Part shown: piece by piece, positions 20,422 through 30,072 of the stretch
Layout of the letters: each line of letters starts with the position of its first letter
Position numbering within the stretch: position 1 is the first letter of the stretch
NCBI GenBank assembly: GCA_963754315.1
Contig: CAVWFS010000011.1
Location: 209,857 to 273,856, forward strand
Length of the DNA: 64,000 nt
Source of the DNA: an uncultured Candidatus Rokubacteria bacterium
GTDB lineage: Bacteria; Methylomirabilota; Methylomirabilia; Rokubacteriales; CSP1-6
Direction: 5' to 3'
Notes under the pieces: model-generated
Seen by the model: only the letters and a program-made list of their open reading frames with translations
What the model was told of the DNA's origin: nothing
Databases searched by the model: none
Translations under genes and position numbers: made by a program

Positions 20422-23400
20422 GTGCAGTGCCCGCGGTGCCGGGCCGAGAACCGTGGCGCTCGGCGCTTCTGCGGCGAGTGCGGGCTGTCATTCTCCCCCT
20501 CGACGTGCCCAGCGTGCGGGTTCCTGAACGAGGGCAGTGAGAAGTTCTGTGGCGGATGTGGCCGATCCGTCACCTCACCCACGGCCAGCGCGGACCCGAA
20601 GTTCCAGTCGCCCGAGGCCTACACGCCGAAGCATCTGGCCGAGAGGATCATCGGCTCGAGAAGCGCGCTGGAAGGTGAACGCAAGCAGGTTACCGTGCTG
20701 TTTGCAGATCTCAAGGGCTCGATGGAGCTGCTGGCCGATCGCGACCCCGAGGAGGCGCGCAGGCTTCTCGATCCGGTCGTCGAGCGCATGATGGAGGCGG
20801 TTCATCGCTACGAAGGGACGGTGAACCAGGTGATGGGCGACGGGATCATGGCGCTGTTCGGGGCGCCCGTCGCCCACGAGGATCACGCCGTGCGCGCCTG
20901 CTACGCCGCCTTGCGCATGCAGGACCTGGTGAAGGGCTACGCCGAAGGGGTGTTCCGCACTCACGGCATCACCGTCAGGATCCGCGTGGGGTTGAACTCC
21001 GGAGAGGTTGTGGTCCGCTCCATCCGCTCGGACCTCCGCATGGACTACACGGCTGTCGGCCAGACGACGCACCTGGCTGCTCGCATGGAGCAGCTCGCTC
21101 CGCCGGGCGACATTTGGATCACGGCCTCGACCCTTCGCCTCGCCGAGACCTTCGTGCAGGTCCAGCCGCTCGGCGCTGTCCCGGTGCAGGGTCTCGACGC
21201 GCCTATCGACGTGTACGAGGTGATCGCGCCGGGCCAGGTGAGGACCAGGTTTCAAGCCTCCGCCCTGCGGGGCCTGAGTCGTTTTGTCGGGCGTGATGCC
21301 GAGCTGGAGCAGCTGCACACCGCGCTCGAAGCGGCGCGGCGCTGCGGTGGCGAGGTCGTGGCCGTCGTGGGCGAACCGGGCATCGGCAAGTCTCGCCTGT
21401 TCCACGAGCTGATTCACTCCTACCGGATCGCCGGGTGCCGGATCCTGCAGGCCAGCGGCGTCTCTTATGGCCGGGCCGCCAGCTATCTCCCCGTCGTCGA
21501 TCTCCTGAAAGCGTATTTCCGTATCGACGCGCGGGACGACGTCCGCTCGATTCGCGCGAAGGCGACCGGGCATCTCCTCACCCTTGCCGAGACACTCAAG
21601 GATCTGGTCCCGCCGATTCTCTGGCTGCTCGACGCTCTGCCTGAGGACGATGGCCTCCGAGACCTCGAGCCTCCCCAGCGTCGGCAGCTCACGCTCGATG
21701 CCGTGAAGCGGCTGTTCCTCCGCGAGAGCCAGGTCCAGCCTCTCGTCCTGGTGCTGGAGGACCTCCACTGGATCGACCCGGAGACGCAAGCCCTGCTCGA
21801 CAGCTTGGTGGAGAGCATTCCCGCGGCACCGGTCCTGCTCCTCGTCAACTATCGCCCCGAGTACCGCCACCGCTGGACCGGCAAAACCTACTATCGTCAG
21901 CTCCGGATCGATCCGTTGCCGCCCGCGAGCGCCGAGACCTTGCTCCAGGCCCTGGTAGGTGACGACGCCGAGCTCGTCCCGTTCAAGCGTCTGCTCATCG
22001 AACGGACAGAGGGCAACCCGTTCTTCCTCGAGGAAAGCGTCCGCAGCCTGGTCGAAACTGGGGTTCTTGCCGGGGAACGCGGGGCATACCGCCTGATCAA
22101 GGATCCCCGGACGATCCAGGTTCCCGCGACAGTGCAGGCGCTCCTGGCCGGACGCATCGACCGGCTCTCGCCAGAGGGAAAGCGCCTCCTCCAGGCCGCC
22201 TCGGTCATCGGCACGGATGTGCCGTTCACCCTGCTCCAGGCGGCCGTCGAAGACGACGAGGGTCTTGAGCGCGGGCTGGCGCACCTGACGGAGGCGGAAT
22301 TCCTCTATGAGGCGCGGCTCTACCCGGAGCTGGAGTACACGTTCAAGCATGCGCTGACGCACGACGTCGCCTACGCGAGCCTCGTGCATGAGCGCCGGCG
22401 CGCGCTGCATCTGCGAGTCCTGGAGGCGCTGGAGCGCCGGCAAGCCGACCAGCCTACGGAGGAGGTTGAGCCTCTCGCTCGCCACGCGCTCGGCGCGGAG
22501 GCATGGGACAAGGCCGCCCAGTACCTCCGGCAGGCCGGACGACGGTCGATTGGGCGGTCCGCGTATGCCGCCGCGGCCGAGTTGCTTCGCGAGGCACTCC
22601 GGGTGCTCGAGCGGCTGCCTGCGACACACGAGAACCTCGCACAGGCGATCGACACTAGACTCGAGCTGCGTATCGCGCTCGTCCCGCTCGGGCGATACCA
22701 TGACGCGCTGGCCGTCATGCGCGATGCCGAGGGCCTGGCGACCAGGCTCGGCGATCGCGGCCGCCTGGGCCGGGTTCTCGCTGATATCTGTGCGCGGCTG
22801 AGAAACGTCACCGGCGAGCACCTTCGGGCGATCGAGGTCGGACAGCGCGCCCTCGCGATCGCCGTCGAGAGTGGCGACCGGGCGCTCGAGCTCGAGACCC
22901 TCTACCGCACCGGCCAGGCCTATTTCGCGATCGGCAACTATCGCCGGGCCCTCGACTTGCTGTCCCCATGCGCGGAGGGCGCGGCCGAGGGCCGCCGTGC
23001 GCTCTCTCCACTCTTCGCGTCATGGTCACGTACCTGGCTTGCCCTGACCCTGGCAAGCCTGGGGCGATTCAACGAGGCAAGCTCCCGCGCCCAGGAGGCT
23101 CTCAGAATCGCGGAGGTAGCTGACCATCCCTTCACGCTTGCCGAGGCCCTGTCTGGTGTCGGGAGCGTCTCGCTCGCGCAGGGGAACGTCGGCGAGGCCG
23201 TCGCAGTATTGGAGCGCGCCCACGCCCTCGTCCGCGCGTGGGACCATCGGCCCTCGGCAGTCCTCGCTCGCCTCGGACATGCCCTGTCGCTCTTCGGGCG
23301 TCCGCTTGAGGCGCGGGAGCTTCTCGAGGAAGTGGCACGGTCAGCGACCACCATGAGCTCGATGGGCGTGGGGCGTGCCCTGCAGCTCGCGTGGCTCGGC

Positions 23401-23784
23401 GAGGCTCACTTGCGCGAGGGCCGCCTCGACGAGGCTCGCCAGCGCGCGCAGGAGGCCGTGTCCCTGGCGCAGCAGCACCAAGAGCGCGGTCACGAGGCGT
23501 GGGCCGCCCACCTGCTCGGCGCCATCCTCGCCCGGCACGCTGGTGCCGATCTCGAGATGGCGGAGCGTCACTACCGCGCCGCTCTGGCATTGGCCGACGA
23601 GCTTGGCATGCGTCCGCTCGTCGCCCACTGCCATCTTGATCTCGGTAAGCTCTTCCGGAAGGCCGGTCGCCCGGAGCGCGCTCGAGAACACCTGATGATG
23701 GCGGTGACGCTGTATCGCGAGATGGACATGCGAGTCTGGCAAGATCAGGCGGACAGGGAACTGCGGCAGCTGGCCTCAGAGTAG
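20422..23784 (+). CDS. Zn-ribbon / class III adenylate-guanylate cyclase / AAA ATPase / TPR protein
   Basis: CxxC pairs; TVLFADLKGS, GDGIMALFG, AARME; GEPGIGKS, EDLHW, GNPFF, FKHAL; TPR tail. Confidence 0.92.
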   Translation: MQCPRCRAENRGARRFCGECGLSFSPSTCPACGFLNEGSEKFCGGCGRSVTSPTASADPKFQSPEAYTPKHLAERIIGSRSALEGERKQVTVLFADLKGSMELLADRDPEEARRLLDPVVERMMEAVHRYEGTVNQVMGDGIMALFGAPVAHEDHAVRACYAALRMQDLVKGYAEGVFRTHGITVRIRVGLNSGEVVVRSIRSDLRMDYTAVGQTTHLAARMEQLAPPGDIWITASTLRLAETFVQVQPLGAVPVQGLDAPIDVYEVIAPGQVRTRFQASALRGLSRFVGRDAELEQLHTALEAARRCGGEVVAVVGEPGIGKSRLFHELIHSYRIAGCRILQASGVSYGRAASYLPVVDLLKAYFRIDARDDVRSIRAKATGHLLTLAETLKDLVPPILWLLDALPEDDGLRDLEPPQRRQLTLDAVKRLFLRESQVQPLVLVLEDLHWIDPETQALLDSLVESIPAAPVLLLVNYRPEYRHRWTGKTYYRQLRIDPLPPASAETLLQALVGDDAELVPFKRLLIERTEGNPFFLEESVRSLVETGVLAGERGAYRLIKDPRTIQVPATVQALLAGRIDRLSPEGKRLLQAASVIGTDVPFTLLQAAVEDDEGLERGLAHLTEAEFLYEARLYPELEYTFKHALTHDVAYASLVHERRRALHLRVLEALERRQADQPTEEVEPLARHALGAEAWDKAAQYLRQAGRRSIGRSAYAAAAELLREALRVLERLPATHENLAQAIDTRLELRIALVPLGRYHDALAVMRDAEGLATRLGDRGRLGRVLADICARLRNVTGEHLRAIEVGQRALAIAVESGDRALELETLYRTGQAYFAIGNYRRALDLLSPCAEGAAEGRRALSPLFASWSRTWLALTLASLGRFNEASSRAQEALRIAEVADHPFTLAEALSGVGSVSLAQGNVGEAVAVLERAHALVRAWDHRPSAVLARLGHALSLFGRPLEARELLEEVARSATTMSSMGVGRALQLAWLGEAHLREGRLDEARQRAQEAVSLAQQHQERGHEAWAAHLLGAILARHAGADLEMAERHYRAALALADELGMRPLVAHCHLDLGKLFRKAGRPERAREHLMMAVTLYREMDMRVWQDQADRELRQLASE

Positions 23785-24065
23785 CGCCGCTCAGCGTCCG
23801 GGCAGCCACGACCGCGCCCTTTCGCGGCCGCAGCGGACGTCGTCGAAGGTGCTATCGCCATCGCCCGCACACGATCAGCGGGCGTGACCAAGCCGGCGCG
23901 CCGTTTCTTGCGTCCGACCTGGAGTGCGGGGTTGGCCTCGATCAGCTCGTCATCCACCGCGTCGGTGAGCATGGATGAGAGTGCGGCCTTCATGAGCCGC
24001 ACCCCGTTGGGGGTGTACCCGTTGGCTCGCTTTGCATTCAGCAGCGCTTTCACATCACGCCGGTG
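23785..24065 (-). mobile_element. Tyrosine integrase core-binding-domain fragment
   Basis: DVKALL..GYTPNGVRLMKAALSSMLTDAVDDELIEANPA. Confidence 0.75.
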
Positions 24066-24244
24066 GGCGGCTGGCGAGGGAGCCAGTGTTCGGTCTGCAG
24101 AACCTCGCCCGCGAGCGGGGATTCTACCTCGTCATCGTCGATGAACACCTCTGTGAGTGCCGGCCGGTGGCCCAGGTGTTAGATGGGATTCCGCGTCACG
24201 GCGGCCGGAAATGCGTCTAACACCCGGGACCCCGCCGCCGGGGA

Positions 24245-24406
24245 TCAGTGTGTGAAATTTAGGTCCTGGATCGCGACTTTGCCCGTACCCATCCCTCCAC
24301 CACCACTGCCGCCGCCCTTGACATTCGTGGCCTTCGGGCCCACCGGCAGATCTCCCACCTTCTTCGCCTTGTTCTGCTTCGAGCGTTTCTGGCTCTTCTT
24401 GGCCAT
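24245..24406 (-). CDS. 53-aa double-glycine-leader peptide with Hcp internal-segment-like core
   Basis: RBS AGGAGGAGGACGAC-ATG; MAKKSQKRSKQNKAKKVGDLPVGPKATNVKGG|GSGGGGMGTGKVAIQDLNFTH. Confidence 0.8.
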   Translation of the reverse strand: MAKKSQKRSKQNKAKKVGDLPVGPKATNVKGGGSGGGGMGTGKVAIQDLNFTH

Positions 24407-24450
24407 GTCGTCCTCCTCCTGCTCTGAGTTGGCCGCTACTCGCGAGGTGG

Positions 24451-24467
24451 CGCAATGCCGGTGCCAG
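24451..24467 (-). promoter_or_regulatory. sigma54 promoter of the second peptide gene
   Basis: Minus strand CTGGCACCGGCATTGCG = TGGCAC-N5-TTGC consensus, about 45 nt upstream of the ATG. Confidence 0.7.
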
Positions 24468-24699
24468 CCCGAAACTTCCGGTAGATTCAGATTTTGCGCT
24501 CGGCACGACTGTCGGGCTGGTCGCGTTCCGGGGCCAGATGGTCCAGACAGTCCCATTTCGGTACCGCGCAACGACTACTTCGAGAGCTTCAATGTCTGCA
24601 TCTGATGGCTACCTCCTGGGCGACCAACCGCTTCCCCCGCCGTTCGGCGTCCGCGCCGTCGGTGGCGCGCCGTCGCGCGCGGGCCCGCTGGTTTACGGG

Positions 24700-25293
24700 T
24701 TACCGCCGACTCCACGTGAACCACGTATCAATGCCGCCCTGGAGGCTCGTCTTGTAGCGCGCCATGCCCGGGGCCGTCAGGAACGTGCCATCGATCCGCA
24801 CATTCCCGATGTACAGAATCTCGTAATTCGTCTCGTCCCCCCAGTGCAGCTTGATCAGTTCGCCCTCGCGGCTGATCGTCACCGGAGACGCCCCACTCGG
24901 CAGCACCGTCACCACGCCTGCGCGAACGTGGACGGGACGGGCCACCGTCTCGGTCACGAAAGGCAACGTGCCTAAGTCCAGGTGCCGTGGAAACGATGGA
25001 TACGGCATCAGGTAGTTGATCTCGGCATCGTCGAGGACGTTCGCCACCAGCGAGATCGTGGACTCGGTCACGACATAGATATCCTTGACGCGGCTCCCGT
25101 CCGGGGAGTGGCCATAGAAGACGTTGTACTGGCCGTCGTTCAGCATGGGCCGGAGGTCCCAGTCGCCTTGCGTGCCTCTCAAGACATGCGTGCGGGACAT
25201 CTGGGCGTTGGGAAAGTACGCGGCCAAGTCGATCACCTCCGCCTGCGCCCTTGAGGCCAATGCGGCTGATATCGTCGTCAGCGTGACGAACAT
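24700..25293 (-). CDS. Secreted hypothetical protein
   Basis: GGAGGA RBS; signal peptide ending AQA; beta-rich 197-aa ORF. Confidence 0.65.
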   Translation of the reverse strand: MFVTLTTISAALASRAQAEVIDLAAYFPNAQMSRTHVLRGTQGDWDLRPMLNDGQYNVFYGHSPDGSRVKDIYVVTESTISLVANVLDDAEINYLMPYPSFPRHLDLGTLPFVTETVARPVHVRAGVVTVLPSGASPVTISREGELIKLHWGDETNYEILYIGNVRIDGTFLTAPGMARYKTSLQGGIDTWFTWSRR

Positions 25294-25312
25294 GAGTCCT
25301 CCGATGATTAGG

Positions 25313-25468
25313 TCAGTCCGAGACCGAGAGCCTCATGGGTGACGGGTGCGCCTTCTTGCCGTTTCGACTCGCCGCCGCAACCTTGGCCGGCGACGTCCTC
25401 TGGCCGCCGACCTTGCCGAGGGCGGCCGCCGCCGCCGATAAGTCCGAGGTCTTCGCCTTCTGAACCAT
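25313..25468 (-). CDS. 51-aa basic Ala/Lys-rich protein
   Basis: AGGAGG RBS; MVQKAKTSDLSAAAAALGKVGGQRTSPAKVAAASRNGKK... Confidence 0.55.
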   Translation of the reverse strand: MVQKAKTSDLSAAAAALGKVGGQRTSPAKVAAASRNGKKAHPSPMRLSVSD

Positions 25469-25574
25469 TAGGTGATCCTCCTGAGCTGTGGAGGATACCC
25501 CAAGCGCATGGGAGTTGCGACTGAAAGGTGATGGGCGGCGATTCGGAAACCGGTGGCGATCACCTCGGTCGACG

Positions 25575-28061
25575 TCAGAGCAGCCCCAGGACGCGCCAGT
25601 ACGGGACCGAGAGGCCCAAGCCGAGCAGGATCAGCGTGGTGTACGCGAGCGCGAACCGCTGGGCCTGCGCGTGCGAGAACAGCTTGCCCTCCGACGCCGA
25701 CTGCGCTACCAGGTAGCTCGGCGTCTGCGAGGGCAGAAACCACGCGACCGATGTGGCGAGCAGCGCGATGACCACGAGCCACGGCTCGACGCCTACGCGG
25801 GACGCCACCGGGAGGAGCGTGACGCCGACGAGCACCACGGTCAGGTCCTGATCCAGCACGAGCCGGGTCACCAGGCTCACGCCGGCCACCGCGAGCACGA
25901 ACGCGAGCGGTCCCGGTTGGACGGTCCCGAGCAGCCGGTCGACGGCGGTGGCCGCCATGCGGTCGAGACCCACCGTGGCGCCGAGGCGGCCCACGGTCAG
26001 CACGGCGCCGAAAAAGACGAGGAAGCCCCAGTCCAGTGATTGCAGGGCCGGTCGGTCGAAGGTCCCAAGCGCCACCGTGGCCAGCAGGCCGAGCATCGCG
26101 ACGGTGGAGAGGTCGAGCCTTAGCCACGGCGCCGCCACCCAGCCGGCGACGGTCAGCACGAGGATGACGATCGTCCCGACCTCGCGGGGGGCCACCGGGC
26201 CCAGTACCGCAACCTGCAGACTGACGCGCTCCAGTGGAAGGCGGGCCACCGGCTCGGGACGGAACATCACCCATAGCAATACGAGCGAGCCCAGGACCAC
26301 GCACAGGGCCAGCGGTACCGTAGCGCCGAACCAACCCACCCAGCTGAACCTGGCCCGACTTGCCTCCGGCAGGAGACCCCAGGCGAGCAGGCACGTCCCG
26401 GAGCCGTTGAGGAAGGCGAACATCAATGGCCCGGCGCCCACCCAGGCGCCGAGCCCGAGTAGGGCCGACGACCGTCCGCGCTCGCGAAGGCGAAGCGCCT
26501 CAGCCACCGCGAGCGCCAGGGGCGACGTGAGCGAGACGCGGCCGGTGCTCGACGGCACGAGCGGCGTGAGGACAATACCCGTGAGCAGCAGGGTCGCCGC
26601 CTGCCAGACGACGCTCTGGGGGAGGCGTCGCACCAGCAGCAGGCCGATCCGGAAGAGCAGTCCCGAGCGCGCGGTCGCCGCTGCGAGGCCGTAGGTGGCC
26701 ATGACGAAGAGCCATTCCTTGGAGGCGAAGCCGGCGAGCGCGGCCGACGTCGACGCCACGCCGAACAGTACCCAGCCGGTCACCAGCACGAGGGCGATCG
26801 TGAAGTCGGGCACGACGCGGCTCATCATCAAGACGAGCGCGGCCGCGAGCAGCCATACGAACGCCCACTGCGACCCGGCTCCGGGCCAGCCGGCGATCGC
26901 TGCGCAGAGCGCGCCAGCGCCCACGCAGACGAGTGCGGGGAGGCGAGCCCGCCGGCGTGGGGCCGACGGCGCCACGCCGGTCCGGAAGCCAACCGCGGTG
27001 TCTGCGGATCGACTGGTCGAGAGTCGGGCAATCGCGGCGGACAGCCGCTGGCCCCCCGCCACGTCGCCGGCGACGAGCGCCACGCCGAGAGCCCGCCGCA
27101 GGACGGTCAGGGCCCGGGCCGCGTCCCCGCGCGAGTCATGGAACCGGGCCCGAGCCAACGCGAGGTCGCACTCGCCGACAGCGTGCTCGTCGTCCACGCG
27201 CTCGATCCACCTCAGGGCGTGGTTGCTGTCGAGGGCAGGGACGGCGCGCAAGGCGCGTCCCAAAATCACGCTGAAGTCCTCTGGTGTCGTGACGCGCGCC
27301 AGCACCCCGAGTGCGTCGTTCCACAGCCCGACCGCCACGAGCCGGTCGGCCACGCTCGTAGCCCGCGCAGACAGCCCGGCGCGTCCGTGTTCGCGCTCGA
27401 AGCGTCCGTGGACGACCCGCGCCGTGGCGTCGCCATCGCTCCCGCCCAGTCTGAGCGCCTGGCAATCGGCGGCGACCGTCTCGGCCTGGGTTCCGAACAG
27501 CGCGCGAAGGGGCGCCGGCGCCAGGGTCTCGAGCAGACTCGCCTCGAGCACCGCGTCACGGCGGGCGGCGGACAGCTGATCGAGCGCCGGCTCGATTGCG
27601 CCCGCAACAAAGCCCGCGTGGGCAACCCAGTCCTTGTTCGCCGAGCGTAGTCGGTCGCTGAGCGTGGCGGCGATCGTCAGTGAGAGGGCGGGCTCGCGCC
27701 CGGCCAGGGCAAGGAAGCGTTCACGGGGCATCATCAGGATTGTGCTGGCCTGCTCCGCGCGGACCGTTGCCGAGCGGGGCTCGCCGGTGAAGAGGGCCAT
27801 CTCACCGAAAAAGTCGCCGGGCCCGAACGTCGCCACCCTGAGGGTGCTGCGGCCGTCCGCCGCCGCTACAAATGCGCCCAGGGCGCCTTCGGCCACGATG
27901 TAGAGACTGTCGCCGGCATCGCCCTGCCGGAACACCTCGTGGCCCGCCGGGAGCTCGACGGGCTCCAAATGCGCCGCGAGCTTCGCTAGCTCGACGCGAC
28001 TGAGCGCTGCGAACAGACCGACGCGGGTGAGCAGCTCTTCGGGACGGGCCGCCTCGGTCAT
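25575..28061 (-). CDS. cNMP-binding domain fused to SLC13/DASS permease
   Basis: VFRQGDAGDSLYIV..GDFFGEMAL..PRSATV cNMP domain, helical linker, multi-TM domain with PSSTGR and WFLPSQ. Confidence 0.85.
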   Translation of the reverse strand: MTEAARPEELLTRVGLFAALSRVELAKLAAHLEPVELPAGHEVFRQGDAGDSLYIVAEGALGAFVAAADGRSTLRVATFGPGDFFGEMALFTGEPRSATVRAEQASTILMMPRERFLALAGREPALSLTIAATLSDRLRSANKDWVAHAGFVAGAIEPALDQLSAARRDAVLEASLLETLAPAPLRALFGTQAETVAADCQALRLGGSDGDATARVVHGRFEREHGRAGLSARATSVADRLVAVGLWNDALGVLARVTTPEDFSVILGRALRAVPALDSNHALRWIERVDDEHAVGECDLALARARFHDSRGDAARALTVLRRALGVALVAGDVAGGQRLSAAIARLSTSRSADTAVGFRTGVAPSAPRRRARLPALVCVGAGALCAAIAGWPGAGSQWAFVWLLAAALVLMMSRVVPDFTIALVLVTGWVLFGVASTSAALAGFASKEWLFVMATYGLAAATARSGLLFRIGLLLVRRLPQSVVWQAATLLLTGIVLTPLVPSSTGRVSLTSPLALAVAEALRLRERGRSSALLGLGAWVGAGPLMFAFLNGSGTCLLAWGLLPEASRARFSWVGWFGATVPLALCVVLGSLVLLWVMFRPEPVARLPLERVSLQVAVLGPVAPREVGTIVILVLTVAGWVAAPWLRLDLSTVAMLGLLATVALGTFDRPALQSLDWGFLVFFGAVLTVGRLGATVGLDRMAATAVDRLLGTVQPGPLAFVLAVAGVSLVTRLVLDQDLTVVLVGVTLLPVASRVGVEPWLVVIALLATSVAWFLPSQTPSYLVAQSASEGKLFSHAQAQRFALAYTTLILLGLGLSVPYWRVLGLL

Positions 28062-28146
28062 CCGCGCTACCCCGCACGCCGGACCCGGGTCATCGACGCA
28101 GGGTCCGCAGTTGCAGGCGATCGGCCAAGGTGCTAAAACCGCCCAG

Positions 28147-29598
28147 ATGTCGGCGCCCGCCGAGGAGTTCAACTACCTCGTCGTCAGCGACCTCCACCTC
28201 CACGAGGTCGATCGACATCCCGCCGGCCGGTTGTTCTACTTCGATCAAGATTTCGCCGATTTCCTCCGCCACTACCGCCTCGCCTACGTCGGGCCGCGGC
28301 GCTGGCGCCTGATCATCGACGGCGACTTCATCGAGTTCTTCGAGATCGTACAGCCGCCCGATGCCGACGACCCGCTCCTGCGCGGCGTGACGTTGACCGC
28401 CGACGATCGCCGGTTCTTCCCGGGCACGGAGTGGCAGAAATCGGTGTGGAAGCTGGACCGGGTGCTGCGCAGTCACCCGCAATTGCTGCTGGCCCTCGGC
28501 CGCTTCCTGCTGGCCGGCAACGAGATCTACATCCTGCGCGGCAACCATGACCTCGAGCTGTTCTGGCCCCAGGTCCAGGACCACTTCCGCCTCGTGCTGG
28601 CCCAGCATCATCCCGCCGACACCACGTATCGGGACATGAAAGCCGCCGTGCAGGAACGTCTGCACTTCCTGCCGTGGTTCTACCTCGAGCGGGACCTCGT
28701 GTATGTGGAGCACGGGTGCCAGTACGATCCCTTCTGCACGAATGAGCACAACCTGTGCCCTGTGATCCCGGACAAGCCGCGTCAACTCCAGTTGCCCTTC
28801 GCGGCCTTCACCATGCGCTATTTCGCCGCGCGAATGGCGATGATCGATCCGGCCGCGATCGAGAACGTCAACTCGGTGCCCGGCTACCTGGGCCGGCTCA
28901 TCGCCAAGAATCCCCTGCAGGCCCTGCAGATGCCGTACTACTACGCCGAGATGATCATTCGGACGCTGCGCAAGGTGAACCGCCCCACGCCGGAGGCCGC
29001 GCGCGCCGTCGCGGCGGGTGAGGCAGATGTACGGCGCGAGTTGGTCGAGAAGTACGGGGTGCCGCCGTCGGCGCTGGCGGCGATCGAGGATCTGCGCGCG
29101 ACCCCGATCCTCGGCAGCCTGCGTACCACCATCAAAAGCTTCTCGCTGGACCTGGTGGTGGGAGGGATCGCGGCGGCCGTGGCGATCTGGCTGGCGACCC
29201 CCCGCACGCTGGGCGGCCGGATGACCGCGACGTCGCTGTGCGGGCTGCTGGCCGCCGGGCTTACTGCGGGGTGGGTCCGGCGCGCGTCGACGATCAACGA
29301 CCACCGCAATCTGCGCGACATCGCCCGCCGCATCGCCGACACCCTCGGCGTTCGCTACGTCGTGTTCGGGCACTCGCACGAGCCCGACGCCTATCGCCTG
29401 CTGCCCGAGGCGAATCGCGAGTACTTTAACGTGGGGACGTGGGTGCCCAACATGAACGAAGGCCACTTCGTTTTTCTCCAGATTTCGCGGGACCGTGAGG
29501 GCTCGGCTCAGCTGATGCGCTGGAACCGGAAGGCGGAGCGACCGGAGGAGCTGGATCCTGAGCTGTTCAGCCACGGCGCGCGGCCAGCTCGCGCGTGA
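28147..29598 (+). CDS. Calcineurin-like metallophosphoesterase with TM insert
   Basis: SDLH, GDF, GNHD, HG, GHSH motifs; two hydrophobic helices before GHSH. Confidence 0.85.
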   Translation: MSAPAEEFNYLVVSDLHLHEVDRHPAGRLFYFDQDFADFLRHYRLAYVGPRRWRLIIDGDFIEFFEIVQPPDADDPLLRGVTLTADDRRFFPGTEWQKSVWKLDRVLRSHPQLLLALGRFLLAGNEIYILRGNHDLELFWPQVQDHFRLVLAQHHPADTTYRDMKAAVQERLHFLPWFYLERDLVYVEHGCQYDPFCTNEHNLCPVIPDKPRQLQLPFAAFTMRYFAARMAMIDPAAIENVNSVPGYLGRLIAKNPLQALQMPYYYAEMIIRTLRKVNRPTPEAARAVAAGEADVRRELVEKYGVPPSALAAIEDLRATPILGSLRTTIKSFSLDLVVGGIAAAVAIWLATPRTLGGRMTATSLCGLLAAGLTAGWVRRASTINDHRNLRDIARRIADTLGVRYVVFGHSHEPDAYRLLPEANREYFNVGTWVPNMNEGHFVFLQISRDREGSAQLMRWNRKAERPEELDPELFSHGARPARA

Positions 29599-30031
29599 GC
29601 TGCTGGACGCGGGCCTCCAGCTCCCGCACGTGCTCGTGCAGCCGCTGAATCTGCAGCCGGTGGTTCAGCGCGTCCTCGATGATCTGCAGCAACTCGTCGT
29701 TCTGCCACGGCTTCTCGAGGTAGTGGTACAACCCGACCTCGTTGATGGCCCGGATAGCGCTTTCCTTGTCGGCATAGCCGGTCAGGATGATCAGCGGCGC
29801 TTCGACGTACAGGCGCCGCACTTCCTTAAGGAAGCTGACCCCGTCCATCTCCGGCATGAGGAAGTCGGAGATCGCCACGTCGAAGGGCCGCGTCCGGATC
29901 GCTTCCAGGGCCGCGTGACACGAGGTGAAGCCGAGGATTTGGTAGTGTCCCTCGAGGGACAGCAGCGCCTCGAGACTCTTGACCACGAGGGGGTCGTCGT
30001 CGACGACGAGAACGCGTCTCCGCTCGGTCAT
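29567..30031 (-). CDS. Response regulator (receiver + coiled coil)
   Basis: VLVVDDD, SDFLMPEMDG, LTG, EKPW. Confidence 0.9.
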   Translation of the reverse strand: MTERRRVLVVDDDPLVVKSLEALLSLEGHYQILGFTSCHAALEAIRTRPFDVAISDFLMPEMDGVSFLKEVRRLYVEAPLIILTGYADKESAIRAINEVGLYHYLEKPWQNDELLQIIEDALNHRLQIQRLHEHVRELEARVQQLTRELAARRG

Positions 30032-30072
30032 CGTATCAAACAACGAATTATACCCTTGAGGGGCTCACGCCA

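Noticed and set aside
20575..22821. Long antisense ORFs (also 9370-10929, 28090-29574, 58556-60073 and others)
   Set aside because: Shadow frames of real genes in high-GC DNA with no motifs, apart from the short metE piece.
24575..24617. AGGAGGT RBS followed by MQTLKLSK* on the minus strand
   Set aside because: Too short to support; probably the stub of a deleted gene.
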